A DNA stretch of 64,000 nucleotides from Candidatus Hydrogenedens sp. (GTDB taxonomy: Bacteria > Hydrogenedentota > Hydrogenedentia > Hydrogenedentales > CAITNO01). Numbering within the stretch: position 1 is the first letter of the stretch; each line of letters begins with the position of its first letter. Of this stretch, positions 29,982 to 41,344 are shown piece after piece. The translations under genes and the position numbers were made by a program. The notes beneath the pieces were generated by a model. That model worked only from the letters and a program-made list of their open reading frames with translations, had not been told where the DNA came from and did no database searches. Location: NCBI GenBank assembly GCA_012522755.1, contig JAAYJV010000050.1, positions 30,653-94,652 on the forward strand, given 5' to 3'.

Positions 29982-30922
29982 GGGGCGTATCTCTCCTGCA
30001 GGCTTCGCTGATCGGGCATCTCCGGCGCTTTGGAAACCACCGGCACAGCGGAACCCCTGAAGGAAGTGGGCGGACCGGCAACAAATTCAGGCGCTTCCAA
30101 AGCACGCATGATGATCAGCACCTCATCCAGCTGATACGGATTGACCACAGGCTCTATGGAAGCGCTCTTCCAAAGCCCCCCACCCCCGCGGATCCCTGTG
30201 ATTTTTCCTATGGGCAGACCGGCGGGGAAAAGACTTTCCGGGCTGGAAACCACATGATCGCCAATGCGGACCTCCTCTTTCATATCAATATATTCCATGG
30301 AACACAGATGACTGAAATCGCTTCCGCTGGCATGGATCACGCCATCATAGGCCCGCAATCGATTGCGCAGAACCATGGCACCCACACGGCAGTCCACATG
30401 GTGCAGGGTGGCCACGATGGAGGTGAAATCAGCCACCTCGGTAATGATGCCCACCACCCCATCAGCGGTAATCACGCCCATGGATACCTGAAAATCCTGC
30501 ATGGAACCCCCTTCTATACGAAGCATGCCTTTGTAACTTTCCAGCACGGCCGCAGGGTGAAGAGAAAGCTGGGGCTCAGACTGCACAAAGCCGAGCATGC
30601 GGCGCAGACGCTGATTTTCACGATCCAGCTGGCGCATGCGCGTGTTTTGTTTGCGCAGGGAGGCAAGTTCCAACTGTAATTCTTCGTTTTCCTTGCGAAG
30701 ACTGTTGGGATCAGCTACGACTTTATAGGCCTGCTCCGCGCCCCGGACAGACATATAACGCAGTTTGAGGAAAGGATAAGCACTGATACTGACAAAGCGG
30801 GAAAGACCTACGTGAATGAAAGAGCTGTCCGTGTCTGTTATCAGAGAGAACAGAGACAGCAACACGATTACGGTAAGAATGATTTTCGGTCGGTATTCCG
30901 CCAGGAATCTTCCGGGATTCAT
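29978..30922 (-). CDS. mreC: Rod-shape-determining protein MreC
   Basis: N-terminal TM, then a coiled coil ('LQLELASLRKQNTRMRQLDRENQRLRRMLGF'), then beta-barrel domains. It sits between mreB and mreD. Confidence 0.8.
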   Translation of the reverse strand: MNPGRFLAEYRPKIILTVIVLLSLFSLITDTDSSFIHVGLSRFVSISAYPFLKLRYMSVRGAEQAYKVVADPNSLRKENEELQLELASLRKQNTRMRQLDRENQRLRRMLGFVQSEPQLSLHPAAVLESYKGMLRIEGGSMQDFQVSMGVITADGVVGIITEVADFTSIVATLHHVDCRVGAMVLRNRLRAYDGVIHASGSDFSHLCSMEYIDMKEEVRIGDHVVSSPESLFPAGLPIGKITGIRGGGGLWKSASIEPVVNPYQLDEVLIIMRALEAPEFVAGPPTSFRGSAVPVVSKAPEMPDQRSLQERYAP

Positions 30923-30986
30923 AGACCACAGCCTTCCCGAAGGGGAGATTCTTCATTCATGAACGGGTACATACAGCCGACAGAAG

Positions 30987-32030
<1,044 letters not shown>

Positions 32031-32507
32031 CTAGCGGCTGCCCCTGATCTGATTCTGATAAGAAGGATTTAAAAAAGAAGGGATATCGCCATTCAGCCCA
32101 CTGCAAAGCAGCCATACCCAATGCATTATAACAAAAAAAAGGAAGAAATCCCAACCCTTCTTTGTTTTATTCAATAGATCGTGAAAGCAGAATCGATTCC
32201 AATGAAACACAACGAAATCGCATAAAAAGACCTGATTCCCCTGCAGGTATCTGAAGACATTTGAAAGATACCCGGTCACATCCGGCCTGGCTGAAAGCAA
32301 AGACAATTTCATCTTGTACAACAAAATTCTCAAGATACAGGGTCCGAACTCCTTTCAGGGCTGTAAAGCGGCCCGGACTCATTCCCATTCAAAAATAAAA
32401 TGGAATTGGACCCATTATTTTTGGGATAATAGAGTCAGGTAGGGTATTCCAAAAGAAGTCATGGATACCCGTGTAATTGGTAGCCAGAATACAAAGGAGT
32501 TCATTCT

Positions 32508-32681
32508 ATGGGCGTAAACGTAAATGTTGATACTTGTGACGGCTGTGGCGACTGCGTAGACACTTGCCCCACCGAAGCTATTGTCATTGAAAACGAAAAA
32601 GCGGTTGTGGATAACGACATCTGCATTGATTGTGCGGCCTGTATTGACGCTTGTCCCACCGATTCACTGACTATGGAGTAA
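32508..32681 (+). CDS. 2x[4Fe-4S] ferredoxin (57 aa, below the ORF-track cutoff)
   Basis: Translation is [57 protein letters not shown]. It has two CxxCxxCxxxCP motifs. RBS 'AAGGAG' precedes the start. Confidence 0.75.
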   Translation: MGVNVNVDTCDGCGDCVDTCPTEAIVIENEKAVVDNDICIDCAACIDACPTDSLTME

Positions 32682-32905
32682 AGAATCTTATCCCTTTGCG
32701 GACTGAAACCATACTGGCGGCATGGACGCTTTCAATGGCTCTGTGTCGCCAGTATTCTTTTGAAACACTGCGTTCATCTTTTGATACTCCGGCGAGTATT
32801 TTTCACAGTTTCTCAGAACAGAGCTGAACAAAGATCACTTCCTTATTTCGCTGCAGTGTTGATCCTGCTCATCATTTAACAGACGGACAATCTTGTCACA
32901 GAGAA

Positions 32906-34261
32906 ATGGTCATGAATATATTTATCCTGGGTGGCGGGCGTGCAGGCTATCATCTGGCCCGCCTGCTCAGCGAAGAAAATTATGATGTAACGGTTATTGA
33001 ACGTGATCCGGAACACCAGGAGTATATTGATCAGATGCTCAATGCCCGGGTGCTTCTGGGTGACGGAGCATCGGCCCTCTTTCTTCAGTCCATTGATATT
33101 GCCGGGGCTGATCTCTTTATAGCCTGCACCGGTCGGGACGAAACCAATCTTCTTGCAGCGACGGCTGCGAAAGGATTGGGGGCAAAGCAGGTTGTGGCCC
33201 GAGTGGAAAAAGCCCCGTACATGGTTGAAAGTTATATGTATGACCAGCTGCTCAACATCGACTACATACTCAGCCCTGATGCACTGGTTGCCCAGGAAAT
33301 TTCAAACTATGCCCTTCATCCCGGCGTATTGATTTCAGAAGAGTTTTCTCACGGGCATATCCTCTTGCGTCAGGTACAGGTAGCTGCAGATGCTCCGGCC
33401 AACGGACAGTTGCTCAGTGAAGTGCTGCAACCGGACAACGGCGCTCTGGCCGGAGTGATTGAACGTCAGGGCAAAGTGTTTGTTCCCGACGGCACAACCC
33501 GTATAGCGGTTGGCGATAAAGTGTCCCTGCTGAGCAAACGAGAGACCATGTCCGAGGCCCTCTCCAAATTTCAGGGGCGGGTCAGCACCATACAGCGTGT
33601 GGCCATCATGGGTGCCGGTACCATCGGACTGTGGATAGCCCATGCTCTGGAAAAGAAAGTTTCGGAAGTGAAACTTTTCGAAAGGGAAAGCGAACGTGCC
33701 CGGCTGGTGGCCGGTGAGTTTCAAAAACGCAACATCCAGGTCATCCACCGGGATGCCACCTCACGCAACTCCATGGAACAGGAACATCTGGACAGTTTCG
33801 ATTTGTTCATCGCCACTACGGAAGATGACGAGCGGAATATCCTGGCGGGTGTACTGGCCCGGGAAGTGGGTGTCTCATCTGTGGCCGCTGTGGTACATCA
33901 TGTGGATTTCGCTCCCCTGGCCGAAAAACTGGGAATCAATATCACTGTGACACCACGCAGCATGATCGCCGGAAGTGTATTGAAAATCGTGCGTCAGAAA
34001 ACAGTGGCCGCTTCCGCAACACTCAATGAAGGGGATGCGGAAATATTGGAGATTACTGTTCATGAACACAGCCCTCTGAAGGGTGTCATGCTCAAGAATT
34101 CCAAAGGAAAGCTGCCAGCGAGAGTACTCGTAGCCACCGTGTTGCGAGATAATGATACCTTTATTCCCAACGGAAATACAGTAATCCGGGAGGGGGATTC
34201 GCTGATCCTCATTGCAACCACGGAAAACATACACGAAGTACGCAAATTTTTTCAGCGTTGA
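32906..34261 (+). CDS. trkA: Trk potassium-uptake system NAD-binding protein TrkA (tandem RCK_N/TrkA-C)
   Basis: 'MNIFILGGGRAGYHLARLL' and a second 'VAIMGAGTIGLWIAHAL' are both Rossmann RCK_N motifs. The product is 451 aa. Confidence 0.85.
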   Translation: MVMNIFILGGGRAGYHLARLLSEENYDVTVIERDPEHQEYIDQMLNARVLLGDGASALFLQSIDIAGADLFIACTGRDETNLLAATAAKGLGAKQVVARVEKAPYMVESYMYDQLLNIDYILSPDALVAQEISNYALHPGVLISEEFSHGHILLRQVQVAADAPANGQLLSEVLQPDNGALAGVIERQGKVFVPDGTTRIAVGDKVSLLSKRETMSEALSKFQGRVSTIQRVAIMGAGTIGLWIAHALEKKVSEVKLFERESERARLVAGEFQKRNIQVIHRDATSRNSMEQEHLDSFDLFIATTEDDERNILAGVLAREVGVSSVAAVVHHVDFAPLAEKLGINITVTPRSMIAGSVLKIVRQKTVAASATLNEGDAEILEITVHEHSPLKGVMLKNSKGKLPARVLVATVLRDNDTFIPNGNTVIREGDSLILIATTENIHEVRKFFQR

Positions 34262-34408
34262 TCCGTAAAACACCCTCTCAGCTTGCAGGAACTTTTGAAC
34301 GACACCTCCTCTCCCCCATCTCTTTTCAAAGCTCCTTTACTCAATACACCTCTGAATTTACTATAATCTTCAGGCTGACCGTCGAAAGTACACTGAAACA
34401 CCCTTTTC

Positions 34409-35899
34409 ATGAATTACCGGGCACTCATAAAAAATCTGGGACTTTTCTGTCTTACCGCAGCCGGCATGTTTATTCCGGCCTGTATCTGCGCTGTCGTGTA
34501 TGGAGAGACCCGGATCCTTCTCAGCTTTCTTCTGTCCATGGTGATCTCCCTGCTCGTGGGCACGTTGTTTTTTGCCCTGGGGCGAAAATCCAATGACCGC
34601 CTTTATCAACGGGAAACTCTGGCTCTCGTGGGTTTGGGCTGGCTTCTGGCGGCCCTCCTCGGAGGGCTCCCTTATTTTTTGGGCGGTGCGCTCAGCTTTG
34701 AAAATGCCTGCTTTGAAAGCATGTCGGGCTTTACGACCACAGGCGCCACTATTCTGTCGAATATAGACCAGCTGCCCCGGAGCCTGCTTTTCTGGCGGGC
34801 GCTGACCCACTGGCTGGGTGGCCTGGGTATTGTCTTACTTATTCTTATCGTCCTCCCCTTTCTCGGTGCCGGTGGCAAACTGCTCTATCGTTCAGAGGTT
34901 CCGGGTATCGTCAAAAGTGACTTGCGACCCCGGATCAAAGACTCCGCTCTCTCCCTTCTGAAGCTTTATGGGGGTATGACTCTGGTCATGACCGTCATTC
35001 TCTATCTTTTGGGGATGGGCCTTTTTGATGCGGTCACCCATACTTTCGGTGCCCTGTCAACAGGTGGTTTTTCTCCGCACCAGGCCAGTGTGGCCCAGTT
35101 CAACAGCATCAGTATTGAACTGGTTATCATTGGCTTCATGCTGATCTCAGCGACACACTTCGGCCTCTTGCATCAGATTCTCCGGCGTCAGTATAAAAAA
35201 GCATTTTCCAATCCCGAATGGCGTCTTTTTCTGACCATCGTTATTGCCGCCACCCTGTTGATCTGTGCGAATTTATATCAGGCCGAATTGAAAGGACAAA
35301 CTATCATCCGGACCGAGAACCACACCCCTCTTCCTCCGGGACTGGAATTGTTTCGCATGTCTTTCTTCCAGGTGGTCTCCATCATGACGACAACGGGTTT
35401 CTGCACCGAAGACTTCAATTTATGGCCTTCTTTTTCTCAGGGAATTCTCATTGTCCTGATGTTTGTGGGCGGCTGTTCCGGGTCAACGGCCGGAGGTCTG
35501 AAAGTCATCCGTTTCCTGCTCTTTTTGAAGATGGCTTATTGGCAGATAGAAAAAAGTTTCAAGCCTAAAAATGTTCATGCCCTGATTGTAGATGATACTG
35601 TTATTCAACCGGAGATGCAGCAGGCCATCTTTACTTTTTTCTTCATCTACATGGCCATTGCCGGTTTGAGCACCCTTTTCCTTTCGGGATTGGGCCTGTC
35701 ACTGGTCACGTCTTTCAGTGCTGTGGCCGCCTGTTTGAACAATGTGGGCCCCGGTCTGGATCTCGTCGGCGTTACGGCCAACTATGATTTTCTTCCCTTC
35801 TCCGCCAAAGGACTCCTCTTTTTTCTCATGGCCATGGGTCGTCTGGAACTCTATGCCATTCTCGTGTTGTTTGTCCCCTCTTTCTGGAAAAGTTCGTAA
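34409..35899 (+). CDS. trkH: Trk-type potassium transporter membrane subunit TrkH
   Basis: A polytopic 496-aa product in the TrkH/KtrB superfamily, with selectivity-filter-like 'TTTGF' and 'GFTTTG' motifs. It lies downstream of trkA. Confidence 0.85.
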   Translation: MNYRALIKNLGLFCLTAAGMFIPACICAVVYGETRILLSFLLSMVISLLVGTLFFALGRKSNDRLYQRETLALVGLGWLLAALLGGLPYFLGGALSFENACFESMSGFTTTGATILSNIDQLPRSLLFWRALTHWLGGLGIVLLILIVLPFLGAGGKLLYRSEVPGIVKSDLRPRIKDSALSLLKLYGGMTLVMTVILYLLGMGLFDAVTHTFGALSTGGFSPHQASVAQFNSISIELVIIGFMLISATHFGLLHQILRRQYKKAFSNPEWRLFLTIVIAATLLICANLYQAELKGQTIIRTENHTPLPPGLELFRMSFFQVVSIMTTTGFCTEDFNLWPSFSQGILIVLMFVGGCSGSTAGGLKVIRFLLFLKMAYWQIEKSFKPKNVHALIVDDTVIQPEMQQAIFTFFFIYMAIAGLSTLFLSGLGLSLVTSFSAVAACLNNVGPGLDLVGVTANYDFLPFSAKGLLFFLMAMGRLELYAILVLFVPSFWKSS

Positions 35900-35903
35900 T
35901 CTC

Positions 35904-36971
35904 TTGGATTCTCTCTGTCCTTATTTCACACGATTCCCCCTTTCTTTTCCTTTGGACATCCTGAAGAAAGAGACAAGGTCCCGGCTGGTCCTGGATCCCT
36001 TCTGCGGATGCGGCACAACGCTGCTGGCTGCACGGTTGACCGGACACAGAAGCCTGGGCACGGATATTCATCCTGTGGCTGTGGCACTGTCCCGGGCGAA
36101 ACTGGCCCGGACGACTTTGGAAGAAGTACTTCAACGGGCAAAAGACATCTTGAGCCGGGAAAGTATTTTGGAGCCCGAAGAAAATTCTGAATTTTTTGAG
36201 TGCTGTTTTCATCCGGAGGTTTTGAAAGACCTGCAACTTTTTCGTCAGAGATATCATCGTGAAAAAATGGACGACACTGAAGAACTGCTCTATGGTATTT
36301 TATTGGGAATCCTGCACGGGCCTGTGCACAAAGGGCCTTATCTGTCCAATTCCATGCCGGCCTCTTTTTCCCCTTCTCAAGAGGTCCTCTTCGCCAGATG
36401 GCGAAGCGATCACTCTTCACCACCGGCGAGAAATATATTGCAGTGCATTGCGCAAAAGGCATACGGGCTGAAGGGCTGTCCGGCACGGCCTTCTTTCGGC
36501 CAGGTTGAGCAAATCAGTTTTGACCAGATTGATTCTTCGAGGACCCACAGCCCTTTCGACCTGATCATCACCTCTCCCCCTTATTTCGGATTGAGCAACC
36601 TGTGCTGCGGGCAATGGCTTCGCTCCTGGCTCTTGAGAGAGAACAGTACCTTTCCTCCTTCGGGCCGGGAAATGAATCATACTTCTCTTCAGGACTACAC
36701 AAATACTTTGGCGGAACTATGGCAACGCCTGACTTTGTGCTGCAGAGAAGGCGCCTCTTTGTGGCTTCGTTTCGGGAAAGTACCCGAGAGTGGTGCCCCG
36801 CCCACTTTGGAGCTCCTTGATGAAAGTCTGACACGGGCTGAAACACAATGGATCATGAGACAAGCGCAGCCTGTGGATACGCCCCTTCTGCGTCCTTCTT
36901 GCCCTTCCTTTGAAAGTCCATCCTCACCCCCTGAGGACGAATGGATTATTCATCTGCGGCTTCAGAATTAA
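35904..36971 (+). CDS. Orphan SAM-dependent amino-methyltransferase ([D/N/S]PPY family), motif I 'LDPFCGCGTTLLAA' followed about 190 aa later by motif IV 'IITSPPYFG'; target (DNA N6A/N4C or RNA) unresolved; start codon uncertain
   Basis: The ORF-track ORF 35742..36971 overlaps trkH. After the trkH stop the frame has no in-frame ATG before motif I. Candidate starts are TTG 35904, TTG 35952 and CTG 35961. Confidence 0.5.
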   Translation: MDSLCPYFTRFPLSFPLDILKKETRSRLVLDPFCGCGTTLLAARLTGHRSLGTDIHPVAVALSRAKLARTTLEEVLQRAKDILSRESILEPEENSEFFECCFHPEVLKDLQLFRQRYHREKMDDTEELLYGILLGILHGPVHKGPYLSNSMPASFSPSQEVLFARWRSDHSSPPARNILQCIAQKAYGLKGCPARPSFGQVEQISFDQIDSSRTHSPFDLIITSPPYFGLSNLCCGQWLRSWLLRENSTFPPSGREMNHTSLQDYTNTLAELWQRLTLCCREGASLWLRFGKVPESGAPPTLELLDESLTRAETQWIMRQAQPVDTPLLRPSCPSFESPSSPPEDEWIIHLRLQN

Positions 36972-38299
36972 AAGACAGGCCCGAAAAGAAGACGGCATGT
37001 CCATTCATGACTTGCTCCCCAGGGTGCCAGATAACATTCCCAGGCGGACCAGGCTGAGACGGCAAAAAAAGGCAGGAGCAGCAAAGCGACCTTCCAGTTG
37101 TTGATACGGGAGACGGCCGGAAGCGACAGAAGAAGGAGGACAGGTACAGCTCCGTTATACCAGCGGAAACCATAGGCCGCTCCGCCATAGTTGTTGGTGA
37201 AAACAAGATAGTAGGCGGATATGATCAGAAAAGCGGCCAGAAGAGCAAAATAAGGAAGGGAGAGATCGTCTTTTGGGCTTGTGATCTTTTTCCAGACGCC
37301 GGGTATGGCGAGAAGTGTAATGGGAAAGAGAAGGAAAATTCCGAAACGTCCGAAGGTCATGTGGAAAAGATAGACATACCAGAATTCATTGAGGCCGTCA
37401 ACGCCGATGGGATTGCGCCAGTAAGAATCCCGGAAAGTATACATGGATCCCTGAGTCTGTACGGGTAGCGGGCTGCCTGTAGTGGCGATCATGATGGAGA
37501 AATGAATCAGAAGCAGTGGTGCGGCACCGAGACCGGCCCAGAGTATGCTTTGCTTCGGAAAGCGTGCGATAAGGAGCAGTCCCAGAACAGCCGGGAAGAT
37601 CGTAACAGGCATATCCAGAACAAAAGTGAAGGCACTGGCAAAGCCGAAAGCAATGAAACGCCACGCTGTGGCCTTCAGCTTGCCTGTGTACAGGCCGATG
37701 CCGAAATAGAGACAGATCAGCACAGCAGCTGTGCCCGGGGTATGATTGTTGATCTGGAGGGCATATCCCGTGAGCGGCGTAGCATAGGCCAGTGCGAGCA
37801 GAAGAAATGCCACATGCCAGCCCTTTGACATAAACATGCGCAACAGCAGGGCAAAACAGATCACTCCGATCATATGGGGCAGCTTCATGAGAGTGATGAT
37901 CATGAAGCGGAGAAGGCTGCGCAGCTGATCCGTATCGGTCAGCTCCCATCCGCGCCATTTGTGAAAGAAGCCATAATCTCCAGCCATGAGCAAGGGCAGG
38001 ATGGGCGGTTTGCTGGAGAGATAATGACCGTCGCCGCGTTGCACCTTATCCACCGTCTGATCAGCGAAAGGATTGGGCTCTTCCTCCAGGGGCCGGTCCA
38101 CATACCAGACACCATGATGAATGAGAGCATGAGCTGTTGCCAGACGGCTTGTGACTGTTTCGCCCACAACAATACCCGGCCCGGGCAAGAATAAAGGCAG
38201 CAAAGCCACGATGAGGGCAAGAACAATGGGGATTTCTTTTTTCCACCCTGAGTTGGCTTGTAACTGTTCCTGCATGCCCTTTTTACCCGTCTCATCCAT
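36968..38299 (-). CDS. Polytopic membrane protein, glycosyltransferase family 39/83-like (ArnT/PMT-type, dolichyl- or undecaprenyl-phosphate-sugar dependent)
   Basis: At least 10 predicted TM helices, with a periplasmic loop near the N-terminus carrying 'DKVQRGDGHYLSSKPPILPLLMAGDY'. The family call is tentative. Confidence 0.45.
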   Translation of the reverse strand: MDETGKKGMQEQLQANSGWKKEIPIVLALIVALLPLFLPGPGIVVGETVTSRLATAHALIHHGVWYVDRPLEEEPNPFADQTVDKVQRGDGHYLSSKPPILPLLMAGDYGFFHKWRGWELTDTDQLRSLLRFMIITLMKLPHMIGVICFALLLRMFMSKGWHVAFLLLALAYATPLTGYALQINNHTPGTAAVLICLYFGIGLYTGKLKATAWRFIAFGFASAFTFVLDMPVTIFPAVLGLLLIARFPKQSILWAGLGAAPLLLIHFSIMIATTGSPLPVQTQGSMYTFRDSYWRNPIGVDGLNEFWYVYLFHMTFGRFGIFLLFPITLLAIPGVWKKITSPKDDLSLPYFALLAAFLIISAYYLVFTNNYGGAAYGFRWYNGAVPVLLLLSLPAVSRINNWKVALLLLPFFAVSAWSAWECYLAPWGASHEWTCRLLFGPVF

Positions 38300-38320
38300 A
38301 GCCGTTTTCTTTCTGCTGAT

Positions 38321-38932
38321 TTATTCTTCTCCTCGAATACGATTCCACAATCGACCGAACCAACCGGGGCGCTGATCTTCCGGACGGACTCTTTCGAGTT
38401 CTTCACGTTTGGGCACCCATTGGCCATCGACTTGTTCTTCCGTGGTCCTGGCATCAAATATGGCGCCTATCCGTGTCCATCTGCCATTATGCAGTTCAAA
38501 AATGAGTTTTTCAACTCCTGTGTCACGTACAAACTCGTGATCTTCCCGGGCACGGGCACTTTTTCGGTGCATTCTTGTGGAAAAGCGCAGTTTTTCAATA
38601 GTCACTTCGGCCATGAGAGGACGCGTTTTAGACTCCAACTCCCGAAAAGCGATATCAAACTCATCAGGGCCATTGAAGTAGACGGAATATTCTTTCAGAT
38701 AGTAGGGGCGACGGCGTATCACAGGCACCTGAGCCGCATTCGTGTAACTTTTGTTGTTTTGAATATGTTCTTTAACCAGAATCTGCAACTGTTCTTTGGC
38801 GGCTTCTTCACTGCTGCTGAAGGGGCTTGCTCCTACCAGTCCCCGTGATGACTTCGCTCCCCGTGAGCAGGCGGCGGTTACACAAAGAATCATCAAAACC
38901 ATTGCAGAGAAAGCAATTATCTTTTTCATCAT
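38321..38932 (-). CDS. Hypothetical lipoprotein
   Basis: 'MMKKIIAFSAMVLMILCVTAAC' is a signal peptide with a lipobox-like 'VTAAC'. The mature part has no recognisable domain. The start was chosen at the MMKK Met. Confidence 0.5.
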   Translation of the reverse strand: MMKKIIAFSAMVLMILCVTAACSRGAKSSRGLVGASPFSSSEEAAKEQLQILVKEHIQNNKSYTNAAQVPVIRRRPYYLKEYSVYFNGPDEFDIAFRELESKTRPLMAEVTIEKLRFSTRMHRKSARAREDHEFVRDTGVEKLIFELHNGRWTRIGAIFDARTTEEQVDGQWVPKREELERVRPEDQRPGWFGRLWNRIRGEE

Positions 38933-39116
38933 CAGTACCTTCTGATTGGTGCTCAGCAGCACCTCTTTCCCAAAGGGAAGCGGATATGCAGGCCGCCCCT
39001 TCTGTCACCAGCCCCGTCGTTGAAACACATCAGGCAATGCTTCCATTTCACCAAAGAACGTTATCATGTCTGTTTGGAATCTGAAAAGACCCGGTTCCCG
39101 GATATGAAACCAAATA

Positions 39117-40973
39117 TTATCGGTCGCTGACTCGTTCCATCAGGCGTGCGACCAGAGGTCTTCGGGCACTTTTGGGATGTGTGTCTTCCAGGTGCACGGC
39201 CTGGCTGGTGATGCTGACCACCAGAAAACGATCCGCCAGACTGTCTCCGACACTGACCGTTTGCGTTTCTTCGTCAATATAGGGGTTGTTCAGGCGAAAT
39301 TCTGCTGTCCCCTCTTCGCTGTCAAAACGCGTCAACACAAACTTGAAATAAGAGGCTTCCCGGGTCATGGCTTCCGCCAATTCGACCATGCGTGCCCCGC
39401 CGTCCACCTGAGCAGCCTGCACAGCCTCCAGCGAGGCTTCATTCAGGCTCTTGAGATTGAATGGTCGGGCATAAGCCCGGGCTTCAATGGTTTCAAAAAA
39501 ATGGTCACGGACAGCTTCCAGCAGGGCATGCCCTTCCGGTGTCTTGTTTTTTCTGTAGCTTGTGCAAACATCAATCAATACTTGAAATTTGTCCGCTACG
39601 GCCAACAGCTTATCCGCCTGCTCCTGAGGATCCACCGATTCCGTTTCCGTCACAACGATCCCCAGATTTTCAGACAGATCCCAGACCTGCTTGCGCAGGA
39701 AAAAGAGGGAACTCATTGCAAGAAGCACTATAACAATCCCGATCAGGTATTTATATTCCTGGAAAAAACCCGGTGGAGCAGGCCGGGGCTGGATGGAGGA
39801 CGTTCTTTTCCGAGGCTCCTCAAGACCCAGATATTCGGAGACACTTCCCCCTGTATTTTCATGAGGAGTCTTCTGCTTGCCTCCCGATGCACTGTCAACG
39901 CCGGAGTCACTGGAAATCTCCTTCACTCCATCCCGCAAAAAAGATTCCATGGCACTGGCGAGCACACTGGTGGAAAGATTGGAAGACGAGGGATCCACAC
40001 CAGACATCTGACTGGAGAGAATGCCCGGTGCGGAGCTTTCCAAAAGACTGTCATTTACAAGCTGCAGGGCATCACGCAGTTCAGAAGGATTTTGAAAGCG
40101 ATGCTCCCGATTCTGTTCCAGACAACGGAAAATGATGACTTCCAGTTCCGCAGGAATATAATCATAATCGTGAGACAGGGACCGTTGTATTCCCGTGGGC
40201 AGAGTGCCTGTAAGCAATTCATACAGCACGACTCCCAGACTGTAAATATCAGCTCGGCCATCCACATCCGGTGCATTGTGGATCTGTTCCGGCGCCATAT
40301 AATATGGGGTACCGACAATGACACCGGAGTCGCTTTCATAGCGATTGTCTTTCAACTTGGAAATGCCGAAATCCATCAGTTTGATATGGTTGTTGCGGGT
40401 AACCATGATATTATCGGGTTTGATATCCCGGTGCACCATATAACGGTGCGCATATTTCAAAGCAATGCATAACTGGGAAATGATATAAATGCTTTGTCGA
40501 AGGGACATATGACTGCTTTTGCCGCGTTTGTCAAGAATGGAGCGCAGCGAGCTGCCGTTGACATATTCCATGGAAATAAACATGGTCTCATCGGCATGTC
40601 CGATGTCATGAATGCGCACAATATTCGGGTGGGCTATTTTTCGGGAAATGCGCACTTCGTTCATAAAGCGCTCTACAACCTGCGTATCAGCAACAAATTC
40701 CGGGAGGAGGACTTTCAATGCAAGCTCCTCATCCAGAACCTGATCATGAACTTTATAAACCGTCCCCATACCGCCACGGCCGATCAGTTCATGGACTTCA
40801 TACCTGTCTGCAATAAGATCCCCTTTTTGATAGTCCATACTGTTCTCTTCTGCAGGAATATTTTCCTGAGAAGAGGTCGCAGCGCCGGATAAAATCAAGG
40901 CGCCGCAACGAAGACACCGTTCAGCGTCTTCGGCATTTTCCGTAAAGCAGACGGGACAGATAGGTTTAGACAT
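39117..40973 (-). CDS. Ser/Thr protein kinase with an N-terminal zinc ribbon, a single TM helix and a C-terminal extracytoplasmic domain
   Basis: 'CPVCFTENAEDAERCLRCG' is a zinc ribbon. The Hanks kinase motifs are 'GRGGMGTVYK', 'ALKVL', 'HRDIKPDNIMV', 'DFGISK' and 'APE'. The TM helix is 'YLIGIVIVLLAMSSLFFL'. Confidence 0.85.
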   Translation of the reverse strand: MSKPICPVCFTENAEDAERCLRCGALILSGAATSSQENIPAEENSMDYQKGDLIADRYEVHELIGRGGMGTVYKVHDQVLDEELALKVLLPEFVADTQVVERFMNEVRISRKIAHPNIVRIHDIGHADETMFISMEYVNGSSLRSILDKRGKSSHMSLRQSIYIISQLCIALKYAHRYMVHRDIKPDNIMVTRNNHIKLMDFGISKLKDNRYESDSGVIVGTPYYMAPEQIHNAPDVDGRADIYSLGVVLYELLTGTLPTGIQRSLSHDYDYIPAELEVIIFRCLEQNREHRFQNPSELRDALQLVNDSLLESSAPGILSSQMSGVDPSSSNLSTSVLASAMESFLRDGVKEISSDSGVDSASGGKQKTPHENTGGSVSEYLGLEEPRKRTSSIQPRPAPPGFFQEYKYLIGIVIVLLAMSSLFFLRKQVWDLSENLGIVVTETESVDPQEQADKLLAVADKFQVLIDVCTSYRKNKTPEGHALLEAVRDHFFETIEARAYARPFNLKSLNEASLEAVQAAQVDGGARMVELAEAMTREASYFKFVLTRFDSEEGTAEFRLNNPYIDEETQTVSVGDSLADRFLVVSITSQAVHLEDTHPKSARRPLVARLMERVSDR

Positions 40974-41344
40974 CGCAGTCCTTTACAACGCATGCTTCAG
41001 ACAACAACATCATCAAGACGTTACTCCACACTTCCTCATATCACTTCTGATACAATGCAAGGTTCACAGGCATCATAGTAACACAAGAGACCGGTATGCT
41101 GAAAATTTTTTGCCTTTGAAAAAACCAGAGATTATTATTCTTCTTGAAAATACAATTATACCTGTCTGCAGAAGGGTCATACAAATTGGTTTTACCTTGT
41201 GTTCAGGCGTAAAATAACCTTTTACAGGAGTTCTTGCTGCAAAGCTTCCTCTGACCCGATAAACTATTGTCATCTCAGATAAATCATCGAACTGTACTTA
41301 AACAGAAAGAATGATTTTTATCAGATGGGAAAGGTGCTTGAAAA

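Noticed and set aside
39177-40472. 431-aa + strand ORF
   Set aside because: It is antisense to the Ser/Thr kinase gene, which has complete Hanks motifs.
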